From Vulcanimicrobiota bacterium (GTDB lineage: Bacteria > Vulcanimicrobiota > Vulcanimicrobiia > Vulcanimicrobiales > Vulcanimicrobiaceae), in NCBI GenBank assembly GCA_003135555.1, contig PLCF01000082.1, positions 1-53,400 of the forward strand: a stretch of 53,400 bases of DNA, in the 5' to 3' direction. The translations under genes and the position numbers were made by a program. The notes under the pieces are model-generated. The model saw only the letters and a program-made list of their open reading frames with translations. It was not told the origin of the DNA and searched no databases. Of the stretch, positions 27,865 through 36,978 are shown piece by piece (position 1 is the stretch's first letter; the number at the start of each line of letters is the position of its first letter).

Positions 27865-29277
27865 TTGCGTCGTCTGGTGTCGATGCTTTGCGTCTTGGCA
27901 TTCGCGGCGTGCGGCAGTGGGACCGGGCGAACTGCGCTGCCGCCGACGGGCCTCGCCGCCACGTCCTCCGGCGGCGCAGCTGCTCCCGCTGGTACCGGCC
28001 CCGCCCCTGCGAGCGGGATCGTGCTGAGCACGCGGTCGATTGCATTCACCGCGACGGGCTGGGACGCGACGCAGGTCGTGAAGACGACGTGGACGGACGA
28101 TTCTCGCAAGACTGCCGTCACCTCGGACCCGTTGGTCGCGACCGTCTCGCCGCCGTACCAGCTAGCACAGTGGATCGCGCCGAACGCATATGGCGCGACG
28201 TACCGGATCACCCCGGTCGGCGCCGGAACGGCGACGATCACGTTCAGCGATCACAGCGGCGGCGAGTCCGCGCAGCTTTCCGTCACCGTGGTCGCACCGC
28301 CGACCGGTACGCTCTACGTCGCCGGCGGGTCCGAGGTCGACGCGTTCCCGGCGGCGGCGAACGGCAGCACCGTCCCCGACCGCAGGATCACGGGCTTCTA
28401 CCACGCGTCTACGCCGCCGTTTCACCATGACGGCAGCGGCGTCGGCACGCTCGGGACCGCGCCGGACGGCACGCTGTACGTCTTACGGAACTATCAAGTA
28501 GCCTACAATGATTTCGAATGCGATGCGATCGCGGAAAGTGCGACCGCCGTCGGCTCGAGCCCAACGCTGAGCGGGTTCCCTTGCGACGGCGGCCGCGGCT
28601 ACGGCGTCGCTCCGGGGCTCGGCGGCGAGATCGACATCCTCGTCCTCGGATATTCGACTGCTTCGATCGTCCGGCGCTTCGTGAGCGGTCAGCTGACATC
28701 GAGCCTGACCGTCCCCGGGAGTCCCCCCGCGTTCGGCGGTCTTGCGACGGATACGAGCGGAAACGTCTTCGTGTCGTCAAGCACTGCGGGTACGGCGACC
28801 ACGACGAGCAGCGCCCAGGTGCTGGAGTACGCGGCCGGCGCAGCGGACGGTGCCGCGCCGATCCGTACGATTCAGGCGCCGGCGGGAGCCTACTTCGAAG
28901 CGATCGCCGTCGCCGCGGACGGTACGTTGTATGCAACTCTCGATGTACCGAACTCTGCCACGGGGTCCTCGATCTACGCGTTTGGGCCTGGTGCAACGTC
29001 GCCGTCGCGCACGCTTGGACCGTTCGCGACGGATCTCATCGCCGGGCTGGCGTGCGACAGGGGCGGCGAACTCTACGTCGCCTTCAACTCGAGTGGCGGC
29101 GCCTCGCGCGTCGACGTCTACGCGCCGAATGCGAACGGGAACGCAGTGCCCGTCCGGACGATTCCGAATCCGATCCCGTCGAACACCGCGGGCGGGCCGG
29201 GCATCGTCGGAATCAGCCTGGGTCCGCCGCAGCCCTTGCCGCCCGAACAAGTCCTGAGCCGTAAGCGACGCCCCTAG
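27865..29277 (+). CDS. Secreted lipoprotein with Ig-like region and repeated beta-propeller-like blades
   Basis: Lipobox FAA-C; repeated (D/A)xxGxLYV ... V.VYAxxAxG.xxPxRTI units. Confidence 0.75.
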   Translation: MRRLVSMLCVLAFAACGSGTGRTALPPTGLAATSSGGAAAPAGTGPAPASGIVLSTRSIAFTATGWDATQVVKTTWTDDSRKTAVTSDPLVATVSPPYQLAQWIAPNAYGATYRITPVGAGTATITFSDHSGGESAQLSVTVVAPPTGTLYVAGGSEVDAFPAAANGSTVPDRRITGFYHASTPPFHHDGSGVGTLGTAPDGTLYVLRNYQVAYNDFECDAIAESATAVGSSPTLSGFPCDGGRGYGVAPGLGGEIDILVLGYSTASIVRRFVSGQLTSSLTVPGSPPAFGGLATDTSGNVFVSSSTAGTATTTSSAQVLEYAAGAADGAAPIRTIQAPAGAYFEAIAVAADGTLYATLDVPNSATGSSIYAFGPGATSPSRTLGPFATDLIAGLACDRGGELYVAFNSSGGASRVDVYAPNANGNAVPVRTIPNPIPSNTAGGPGIVGISLGPPQPLPPEQVLSRKRRP

Positions 29278-29315
29278 AGGGAGTACGCGTTCGCGCCCTG
29301 GGCGAACTCGTCGGC

Positions 29316-30446
29316 GTGCACGAACGTGACGTCGCGCTGTTCGACGCGATCGCGAGCGCTCTGACCGCAACGGATGTCGAGCAGGCGCTCGAGGCTGCGT
29401 TGCGCGAGATCGTGCATGCGCTCGACCTGGCGACCGGGTGGATCTGGCTGGTCGATCCCGAGACCGAGCGCTTCTATCTCGCTGCCGCGCACGAGCTGCC
29501 GCCGTACCTGCGCGAGCCGGTGCAGATGACCGGGGATCTCTGCTGGTGCATGGAGTCCTTCGTCGACGGCGACTTCGACTCGAAGAACGTCGACATCATC
29601 GCGTGTTCGCGGCTGCGGCGCGGCGCCGAGGAAGGTGGTTCGGCGCTGACGCTTGGGCTGCAGTCGCACGCGTCGGTCGTGCTGCGCTTCGGCGAGCGCC
29701 GGCTGGGGATATTGAACGTCTGTCCGGCACTTCCGCGCAAGCTCTCGGAGGCCGACCTGCGCTTACTGTCGGTGACCGGCGCGCAACTCGGACTGGCCGT
29801 CGAACGTGGGCGCCTGGCGGACGAAGAGGCCAGCGCGGCACGCTCGACCGAGCGCACGCGGCTCGCGCGCGAGATCCACGACACGCTCGCGCAAGACCTC
29901 ACCGCCATCGCGCTGCAGCTCGAAAGCGCGCTGCGCGACGTGCCGCGGGAGTCGCCGGCGTTCGAACGCGTCTCCACCGCGCTCGACGTCGCGCGCGCGG
30001 CGATGGCACAAGCGCGCGCCTCGGTGCTGAGCCTGCGAACCGATCCGCTCGAAGGCCGTCCGCTCGGCGCCGCGCTGGCGGCGCTGGCGCGCCGGCTGAC
30101 CTCGGAGACCGGGATGCGCGTGACGCTGCACGATCGCGCTGCCGGGGCGTTGCCGTACGAGGTCGAGGGCGAGTTGTTTCGGATCGCGTCGGAGGCGTTG
30201 ACCAACGCGCGCCGGCACGCCGGGGCTGCGCGCATCGAGATCGCGCTCGAGGACGACGGCGCCGCGGTCACGCTGCGCGTTCGCGATGACGGGATCGGTT
30301 TCGATCCGTCGGTGCGCGACCAGACGCGCTACGGGCTGCGTGGGATGGAAGAGCGCGCCCGTCTCGCGGGCGGCAGCCTGCGCGTGACGTCGGAGCGCGG
30401 CCGCGGCACGTCGATCGAAACGATCGTGCCGAGGGCGCGCGCGTGA
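29316..30446 (+). CDS. Soluble GAF-domain sensor histidine kinase (HisKA_3) with CWC-x18-C motif
   Basis: GAGGGAG upstream. ERTRLAREIHDTLAQ H-box, EALTNARRHA, DDGIGF, YGLRGMEERA; no TM segment. Confidence 0.92.
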   Translation: MHERDVALFDAIASALTATDVEQALEAALREIVHALDLATGWIWLVDPETERFYLAAAHELPPYLREPVQMTGDLCWCMESFVDGDFDSKNVDIIACSRLRRGAEEGGSALTLGLQSHASVVLRFGERRLGILNVCPALPRKLSEADLRLLSVTGAQLGLAVERGRLADEEASAARSTERTRLAREIHDTLAQDLTAIALQLESALRDVPRESPAFERVSTALDVARAAMAQARASVLSLRTDPLEGRPLGAALAALARRLTSETGMRVTLHDRAAGALPYEVEGELFRIASEALTNARRHAGAARIEIALEDDGAAVTLRVRDDGIGFDPSVRDQTRYGLRGMEERARLAGGSLRVTSERGRGTSIETIVPRARA

Positions 30447-31060
30447 TTCGCGTCGCCATCGTCGACGATCACCCCATCGTGACCGACGGCGTGGTCGCGA
30501 ACCTGCGCGCGGCGGCCGACATCGACGTCGTTGCGACCGGCGCGAACGCCGCGGATGCGCTGCGACTGGCTGCCACGGAGCGGCCCGACGTGCTGATCCT
30601 CGATCTCGAGCTGGGCGGAGCCAGCGGGCTCGACGCGATCCCGCGGGTGAAAGCGGCGTCGCCGGCGACGCGCATCGTCATCTTCAGCGCCTACGCCGGC
30701 GAGGAACGGGTCGCGACGGCCTTCGAGCGCGGCGCCGACTCCTACGTGCTCAAAGGGACGTCGAGCGACGAGCTGGTCGCGGTGGTGCGCGCCGTTGCGG
30801 GCGGCGGAACGCTGATCCCGCCCGAGATCGCGGCGCAGCTCGCGCGCGCCGTGCGCCAGCCGCGCCGGGACCGCCTGACCCAGCGCGAACGCGAGATCCT
30901 CGCGCTGCTCGCCGAGGGGCTTTCGAACCGCGCGGCCGGTCAGCGCCTGGGCATCACCGAACGCACGGTGAAGTTCCACGTCGGCGAGATCCTCGCGCGG
31001 CTGGGCGCCTCCAACCGCGCGCAAGCGGTGGCCATCGCGAAGGCGCGCGGGATCGTGTGA
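30443..31060 (+). CDS. NarL/LuxR-family response regulator
   Basis: IVDDHPIV, LILDLEL, LTQREREILALLAEGLSN..LGITERTVKFHV; GTGA overlap with the kinase. Confidence 0.95.
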   Translation: MIRVAIVDDHPIVTDGVVANLRAAADIDVVATGANAADALRLAATERPDVLILDLELGGASGLDAIPRVKAASPATRIVIFSAYAGEERVATAFERGADSYVLKGTSSDELVAVVRAVAGGGTLIPPEIAAQLARAVRQPRRDRLTQREREILALLAEGLSNRAAGQRLGITERTVKFHVGEILARLGASNRAQAVAIAKARGIV

Positions 31061-31081
31061 CGCTGTCCAAACCGGGACTTG

Positions 31082-31897
31082 TCAGCCCGATTTGATCGAG
31101 AGCGCTCGTCCGGCGCGTTCGCCGACCTGCTCGTAGCGATCGGTCCGAAGCCAGGCTGGTCTGATGGCCTCGAGCGCACTCCAAATTGCCGCATCGTCGT
31201 GCGTGCGAATGCCGTTGAGCACGTTGCCGCGAAAATAGTCGGCACTACCCGCACGATTGACGAGGGACTCGGCGATTTCGTTTGCCGATGCATAGCGGCG
31301 GTCGATCGGAGTCGGCTCCGTTGCCGTGGCGAGCAGCAGGTCGAACGCGATCGGCTCAGCTGAGCCGCCACCCGTCGGCCATCCGATCGTAAGCAGCCCG
31401 TCATGACTCACCGGTGCAGTTTCGTCGAGCTGCTTGTACGTTTCCCAGAACGTGGTGGCGAGATTGTACCGGAAACCGAAGCTTTGACCCCACTGCTCTT
31501 TCAAGCGTGGCGCGACGTCGGCGGCGGCATCGCCGAAGCCCACGCCAACAGTCCCGAACGTTTTCCAACGCGGCGCCCCATAGGAGTCGACGAGACCCTC
31601 AGCGATGGCAAGGGCGTGCACTTCCGCTTCGAGATCGGCGAGGGTCGAGACGGCCTTCTTACACGGGACCGCGTAGGCAACTCCGGCTTCGGCGCCGCGC
31701 GAAAGCGTCATGGTGTACTGCCCTTGCCACTCCCCGCCCGACGAGCACCGGCCATACCGAATCGGCGCGTCGACCGGCTGCTTTGCCGCCATGTCTAGAC
31801 GCTCGTATTGCCAGCGCGCGCGGTCGAGTTTCTTGAGGTCCCAAAGCGGCGACCCGATCATGAGGATCCCGACCCGAAGCCCGCGTGTTGACGTCAT
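31082..31897 (-). CDS. Hypothetical protein (271 aa), visibly lower GC than its neighbours
   Basis: GGAGGG SD before ATG 31897. Globular-looking sequence (GILMIGSPLWD, PIRYGR, YTMTLS, YFRGNVLNGIRT). Confidence 0.7.
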   Translation of the reverse strand: MTSTRGLRVGILMIGSPLWDLKKLDRARWQYERLDMAAKQPVDAPIRYGRCSSGGEWQGQYTMTLSRGAEAGVAYAVPCKKAVSTLADLEAEVHALAIAEGLVDSYGAPRWKTFGTVGVGFGDAAADVAPRLKEQWGQSFGFRYNLATTFWETYKQLDETAPVSHDGLLTIGWPTGGGSAEPIAFDLLLATATEPTPIDRRYASANEIAESLVNRAGSADYFRGNVLNGIRTHDDAAIWSALEAIRPAWLRTDRYEQVGERAGRALSIKSG

Positions 31898-31943
31898 GAC
31901 GTAGCCCTCCAGAGATCCCGACTTCGCCGAACACCCGGCGCTT

Positions 31944-32017
31944 CGCCCCCTGTCCGAACGGACGGGGGCGGGCCCGTCCCTCGGAGCGTCGCGCCGCGCC
32001 GGTTCGCGCGCTACGCT
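31944..32017 (+). promoter_or_regulatory. Inverted repeat (GTCCG-aa-CGGAC core) and TACGCT -10-like box ahead of the SDR gene
   Basis: cgccccctgtccgaacggacgggggcg at 31944-31970. TACGCT at 32012-32017 lies 6 nt before ATG 32024, with no SD. Confidence 0.5.
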
Positions 32018-32023
32018 CGGTAC

Positions 32024-32764
32024 ATGAACGATTATCCATGGTTCGAACGCGGCCACGTCGCGATCGTCACCGGCGCTTCCAAGGGCCTCGGGCTCGCCGT
32101 CGCGCGCGAGCTGGCGCGCGCCGGGATCGCGCTCGTCATCGACGCGCGCGGTGAGGAGTCGCTCGCCGCGGCCGAGCACGAGCTGTCGCAGCTCGGCCCC
32201 GTCGTCGCGATCGCGGGCGACGTCGCCGAGGGCGCGCACCTGCACCAGCTCGTCGAGGCTGCGGAGACGCGCTTCGGCCGCATCGACCTGATCGTCAACA
32301 ACGCGTCGACGATCGGCCGCTCGCCGCTGCCGGCACTCGAACACCTCTCGCCCGCGACCTTCGACCGCATCTTCACCACCAACGTCTACGCGCCGCTGCA
32401 CCTCATCCAGCACGCGTTGCCGGTCATGCGCCGCAACGGCGGCGGAACGATCGTCAACATCAGCTCCGATGCCGCGATCGAGGCGTACCCCGGCTGGGGC
32501 GGGTACGGTTCGGCCAAAGCGGCGCTCGAGCACGGGTCCCGCATCCTCGCCGCGGAGCTCGAAGGCTCCGGCATCGGCGTCATCGTCGCCGACCCGGGCG
32601 ACATGGACACCGAGCTGCACCGCGCCGCCGTCCCCGATGCCGAGCGCGCGTCACTCGCCGATCCGCGCGACGTCGCCCCGGCGCTGCTGCGCGCGATCGC
32701 GGCGCCGCGCGGCGCGTTCGTGCGGGTCGCGCTGCAATCCGCGGCCGTCGTCGCGAGCGTATGA
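32024..32764 (+). CDS. SDR family NAD(P)-dependent oxidoreductase
   Basis: VTGASKGLG, LIVNNAS, NISSDA, YGSAK catalytic motif, DPGDMDT. Confidence 0.95.
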   Translation: MNDYPWFERGHVAIVTGASKGLGLAVARELARAGIALVIDARGEESLAAAEHELSQLGPVVAIAGDVAEGAHLHQLVEAAETRFGRIDLIVNNASTIGRSPLPALEHLSPATFDRIFTTNVYAPLHLIQHALPVMRRNGGGTIVNISSDAAIEAYPGWGGYGSAKAALEHGSRILAAELEGSGIGVIVADPGDMDTELHRAAVPDAERASLADPRDVAPALLRAIAAPRGAFVRVALQSAAVVASV

Positions 32765-33780
32765 TCGGCGCACCGACCTGCGCGCTCCCGCCGGTCAACG
32801 AAGCGACGACGACGCCCGAACGGCGCGGTCTAGCGCGCGACGGCGTGCGGTTGCTGATCACCGATCTCGCCGGGGGCAGGCACGAAGATGCCGCGTTTCG
32901 CGACCTACCGGCGGTGCTGTGCCGCGGCGATCTGCTCGTCGCCAACGATTCCGCGACGCTGCCGGCGGCATTGCCGGCGCGGCGCGAGGATGGGTCCGGT
33001 CTGGCGGTGCACCTCTCGACGCGCATCAGCGACGATCTGTGGATCGCGGAGCCGCGCGGGGCGATTGTCGCCGGCGGGCGGGTGAGCCTGGCCGGCGGCG
33101 CGTCCGCGACGTTCCTGACGACCGTCGACGCGGCGCACCCGCGGCTCTGGTACGTCGTGTTGAGCCTGGGCGAGGACGTGGCACCGTTTCTCGCGCGCTA
33201 CGGCGCGCCGATTCGCTATCGCTACGTGAACGAGGCGCTGCCGCTGGCGGACTATCAGACGGTGTTTGCGCGGGTGCCGGGCTCGGCGGAGATGCCGTCG
33301 GCGGGGCGGCCTTTCACCCCGCGCGTCCTCGACGACGTGCGGCACGCCGGCGTCGACCTGGCGACGATCACCCTGCACACCGGCGTGTCGAGCCCCGAGC
33401 GGCACGAGCGGCCCTATCGTGAATGGTTCGAGGTCTCAGCGCACACCGCGGCGGCGGTCAACGCGGCGCGGCGCCGCGGAAACCGGATCATCGCGGTCGG
33501 GACGACCGTCGTGCGCGCTCTCGAGAGCGCGGTCGCCGGCGGCGAAACGTTCGCCGCGGCGGGCTGGACCGACCGCATCATCACGCCGGAGCGCGGCGTC
33601 ACGGTCGTCGACGGCCTGCTGACCGGCTTTCACGAGCCGCAGGCCAGCCATCTCGATCTGCTAGCGGCGTTCGCCGGCAATGCGTTGCTGGAGAGCGCCT
33701 ACGAGCGTGCCGTCGCCGCCGGCTACCTTTGGCACGAGTTCGGCGACGTGCACCTGCTCATTCGACGTTGCGGCCGCTGA
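32761..33780 (+). CDS. QueA-family (S-adenosylmethionine:tRNA ribosyltransferase-isomerase-like) protein, divergent subgroup
   Basis: GDLLVANDS, YQTVFA, IIAVGTTVVRALES, TGFHEP, HEFGD; ATGA overlap with the SDR. Confidence 0.85.
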   Translation: MIGAPTCALPPVNEATTTPERRGLARDGVRLLITDLAGGRHEDAAFRDLPAVLCRGDLLVANDSATLPAALPARREDGSGLAVHLSTRISDDLWIAEPRGAIVAGGRVSLAGGASATFLTTVDAAHPRLWYVVLSLGEDVAPFLARYGAPIRYRYVNEALPLADYQTVFARVPGSAEMPSAGRPFTPRVLDDVRHAGVDLATITLHTGVSSPERHERPYREWFEVSAHTAAAVNAARRRGNRIIAVGTTVVRALESAVAGGETFAAAGWTDRIITPERGVTVVDGLLTGFHEPQASHLDLLAAFAGNALLESAYERAVAAGYLWHEFGDVHLLIRRCGR

Positions 33781-33949
33781 GCGACACGAAACCGTAGCGC
33801 TTCTCGAGCCGCTTGCGGTCCTCGGCGAACATGTCCCGGATCCGCGTCGCCTCGCTGACGGCGGCCGCTTGGGCCTCTACGCCGCGTTTCTCTTTGCGGA
33901 TCTTCTCGGCGGCAGCTTCCGCTGCCCGGGTCGTCGTCTTTGCGCTCAT
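33758..33949 (-). CDS. Small basic helical hypothetical protein (63 aa)
   Basis: ATG ORF MSAKTTTRAAEAAAEKIRKEK... with coiled-coil-like composition; overlaps the QueA-like 3' end by 23 nt. Confidence 0.5.
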   Translation of the reverse strand: MSAKTTTRAAEAAAEKIRKEKRGVEAQAAAVSEATRIRDMFAEDRKRLEKRYGFVSLSGRNVE

Positions 33950-34010
33950 ATCCGTGGGTTTCGGATCGGGCTGAAACGACCTGCGACGAAGCAAGCGCTG
34001 GCCGCGAGTC

Positions 34011-34643
34011 TCAACGAATAGCGGCCGTCGCCGAAGCGGTCGGGGTCGTCGCGGGAACCGGTGACGCCGCGGGCGCGGGCGGCGGAGACTCGCCCGCGGT
34101 GAGCGGCCGGCAAACTCCCAACGCCGCGTCGTCGCCGAGGAACACGCCGACGCGCGTCCCGCGCGGGATGGTTGCGTCCTTGCCGTGGTGCATCGCATCG
34201 TAACCGCCGACGGCATAGCCGACGATCGGGATCAGCCCCAGCAGCCCGGGCGCGTTCGCGGTCGCACCGACCGCCGTCGAGGCTTCATCGTGCACGCGAT
34301 CGATGATCGCCGCCAGGTGGGCACCGCTGTCGAGCACGACGAAACGCGTCTCGAGCGCCAGGTAGCCGGCCCGTCCGCCACGGTCGGCGTGCGAGGCATT
34401 GGCGATGACGCCGTAGCCCAGGCTGCCGGCCGGGACGGCGGTGCCGTCGGGTGCCGTGGCGGCGTCGACGAGGCGGAAACGGAACACGTCACCGGCGTGC
34501 GCGCGTGCCGAGTCGACGCTGTCTTCCATCGCCACGAGGCTGCGAACGCACGGCTTGCGCGCGTCGGCCGGCGTCTGCGCCGCACCGGGCGCGGCGAGCG
34601 CCGCGAGCACGGCGGCGCCCAGACCGGCGGCGACGAAACGCAT
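34011..34643 (-). CDS. Secreted hypothetical protein (210 aa)
   Basis: GAGGA upstream, signal peptide MRFVAAGLGAAVLAALAAPGAA, VDSARAHAGDVFRF, HHGKDATIPRGT. Confidence 0.7.
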   Translation of the reverse strand: MRFVAAGLGAAVLAALAAPGAAQTPADARKPCVRSLVAMEDSVDSARAHAGDVFRFRLVDAATAPDGTAVPAGSLGYGVIANASHADRGGRAGYLALETRFVVLDSGAHLAAIIDRVHDEASTAVGATANAPGLLGLIPIVGYAVGGYDAMHHGKDATIPRGTRVGVFLGDDAALGVCRPLTAGESPPPAPAASPVPATTPTASATAAIR

Positions 34644-34763
34644 GGCGCGATTCCTCACCCGGCACCGATTCGGGGCCGGTGGAGCGGCTCCGGCCGGCGG
34701 GTCGAACGATCGGTACGGCGGCTGCGTTCCCGGGCTAGCATTTTTTCGATCACGGAGGTCCAC

Positions 34764-35243
34764 GTGCGCCTATCCATCCTCGCCGTCGCAACGGCGGCTG
34801 CGTTTTTCGCGGCCGGGGTCGCGGGCAATGCCGCGACGCCGGTTACGGCCGCTTCCGACACCACCCTGCGGCTCTCGCCGGCACACCCCATCCCGACCCA
34901 GGTCGCCGGCCAGCCCGGCCCGATCAAGATCGAGGGCTGCTTCTCGGATGGGCGGGGCACCGACGGTTTGACCCTGATCCACCACGCGCTGCGCATCTCC
35001 AACGGCGGCGACAAGCCGATCACGGCCGTCCGGGTGAAGTTCGCCTACTACGATGCCTTCGGCGACGTCAGCGCCACCCGCACCAACGTTGCCGAAGCGC
35101 GGATCGATCCCGCTCAGACCGTCGACCGGATCAACCTCGGCGAGCTCAGCGACGCCGGCCCGCCGGCGCGCATCACCTGCAGCGTCGACGCGATCCGCTA
35201 CCTCGACGGCACCGTGGTGCGGACCGACCCCGGCCAGCGCTAG
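34764..35243 (+). CDS. Secreted hypothetical protein (159 aa, Ig-like, two Cys)
   Basis: GGAGG SD before GTG 34764, signal peptide, ISNGGDKPITAVRVKFAYYDAFG ... CSVDAIRYLDGT. Confidence 0.75.
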   Translation: MRLSILAVATAAAFFAAGVAGNAATPVTAASDTTLRLSPAHPIPTQVAGQPGPIKIEGCFSDGRGTDGLTLIHHALRISNGGDKPITAVRVKFAYYDAFGDVSATRTNVAEARIDPAQTVDRINLGELSDAGPPARITCSVDAIRYLDGTVVRTDPGQR

Positions 35244-35313
35244 GACCGAAGTCCCGCGGCGCCGGGACGATCCGGACGTAAGCGGGCTGCGGCGCGCGGA
35301 GACAGTAGCGTAG

Positions 35314-35538
35314 ATGCTCTTCGCGCTCGACGCCCTCACCGTACTCCTGGGCAAGCCGCAATGCCACAGCCTCGTCTCGGACGAGCGCCGCAGCGTGCGG
35401 ATCTCGGTGAACTGGGCCTGCGGCTGCACGGCGACGGGCCCGAACTCGGCGCGGCTGGTCCTGGCTGGATGCGCGGCGCACGCGAGCGGCCGGCGGCGCG
35501 ACACCGTGGCCGCGACGGAGCTCGTTCCAGGCCGCTGA
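35314..35538 (+). CDS. Possible small Cys/His-containing protein (74 aa)
   Basis: ATG ORF filling the gap up to the convergent GGDEF gene; CH, CGC and CxxH motifs. Confidence 0.4.
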   Translation: MLFALDALTVLLGKPQCHSLVSDERRSVRISVNWACGCTATGPNSARLVLAGCAAHASGRRRDTVAATELVPGR

Positions 35539-35539
35539 C

Positions 35540-36862
35540 TCAGGGTTGGGGCTCCGCGTCGGCATCGGCGCAGCGTGCTTTTCCGGCGCGCTTGGCCGCG
35601 TACATCGCCTGATCGCCGGCCAGCAGCGTGGCTTCGGTGCCGCGACCGGCCCGCAGGTGCGCGATCCCAATGCTGGCCGTGACGCGCGGCGCACCTTCGA
35701 CCGTGGCGGCCGCCTGCGTAATGCGCGCGATGATGTCGTCCCCGATCGCCCGCGCGTCGGACACCGGCGCCTGCAACAGCACGGCGAACTCATCACCGCC
35801 GAGCCGGCCGACGATGTCGTCGACGCGGGTACGGTCGCGGATCGCCGCCGCGACCGCGACAAGCACCGCGTCGCCACAGTGATGACCGCAGGTGTCGTTG
35901 ACGTCCTTGAAGCCGTCGAGGTCGACCAGCATCAGCGTCCAGTCGGCGTCGTTGCGACGGGCCGGGCGGCGCTCGATCGCCGCCAGCCGCGCGCGCAGCA
36001 CGCGAACGAAACTGCGACGATTGTGCAATCCGGTGAGCGGGTCACGTTCGGCGAGCTGGCGCAACCGCGCCTCGCGCCGGCGCCGATCGGTGATGTCGTT
36101 GATGAGCAGCAGGATCGCGGCGTCGGGGGATCCTTGGCGCATGGCGACTGCATTGATCTCGCACCACGTCGCGACGCCGTCCGGCCGGCGCACGCGCATC
36201 TCGAGGTGGACCGAGGGGGTCCGGCCGGCGACGAGCCGCGCAAAGGCCTGACGCAACGCCACGCAGTCGTCGTCAGAGAAGAGCTCGACGATCGACGTCG
36301 CCGCAGCGCCGCCCAAAGCGAGAAACGCCATGTTGCTGCGCAGGACGCTACCGTCCGGATCGACGCTGCACATCGCGATCGGACTCTCCTCGAGGATTCG
36401 GTACGAGGCGTCCAGCGTGTCGATGATCTCGCGGTAGTGGGTGTTTTGTACTTCGACCGCGCGGCGCGCGGTCACGTCGGTGAGCGTCGACACGATCGTT
36501 TCGCCGGCGTCCTCGTCGCCGGCGACGCAGCGGCTCGAGATCGCGATCCAGGTCGGCGGAGCGGAGCCCGTGCGCACCGCGATCGTCAGGGCGCCGCGCG
36601 AGGACGCCTCCAAGAGCACCGTGCGCAACGGGTCGGCGCCGCGCAGAATCCGCCCGTTCTCCCATGTCAGGTGCCAACCGGAATCGAGCGGCGCGCGGCC
36701 CGTCAGTTGCTCGGCAGTCAGCCCGAGCAGGCGCAGCGCCGGTGCGTTCCATTCACGAACCGTGCGCTCGCTGTCTTGCAGAACGACACCGTCGTCGAGG
36801 GCGTCGAAGAGACGCCGGCGCCGTTCTGCGCCGCGTATCACGGGCGAAGTGCGGTCCACCAT
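35540..36862 (-). CDS. Diguanylate cyclase with two PAS domains
   Basis: DPLTGLHNRR, VDLDGFKDVNDTCGHHCGD, RVDD I-site, RLGGDEF, DQAMYAAK. Start chosen 7 nt after a TACTAT box. Confidence 0.92.
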   Translation of the reverse strand: MVDRTSPVIRGAERRRRLFDALDDGVVLQDSERTVREWNAPALRLLGLTAEQLTGRAPLDSGWHLTWENGRILRGADPLRTVLLEASSRGALTIAVRTGSAPPTWIAISSRCVAGDEDAGETIVSTLTDVTARRAVEVQNTHYREIIDTLDASYRILEESPIAMCSVDPDGSVLRSNMAFLALGGAAATSIVELFSDDDCVALRQAFARLVAGRTPSVHLEMRVRRPDGVATWCEINAVAMRQGSPDAAILLLINDITDRRRREARLRQLAERDPLTGLHNRRSFVRVLRARLAAIERRPARRNDADWTLMLVDLDGFKDVNDTCGHHCGDAVLVAVAAAIRDRTRVDDIVGRLGGDEFAVLLQAPVSDARAIGDDIIARITQAAATVEGAPRVTASIGIAHLRAGRGTEATLLAGDQAMYAAKRAGKARCADADAEPQP

Positions 36863-36978
36863 TACACTCATAGTATCGGCTGTTCGTACGCCGGCATGCA
36901 TAAAAAGGCTCACTTTGCGGTTTTCGAGCAAAGGCGAGCAGCCGGGAACTTGCTTCGAAACGGCTAACGCTGGCCGCG

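Noticed and set aside
31898..32620. 512-aa version of the orphan gene
   Set aside because: The extension is antisense to the SDR gene. The SD-supported start is 31897.
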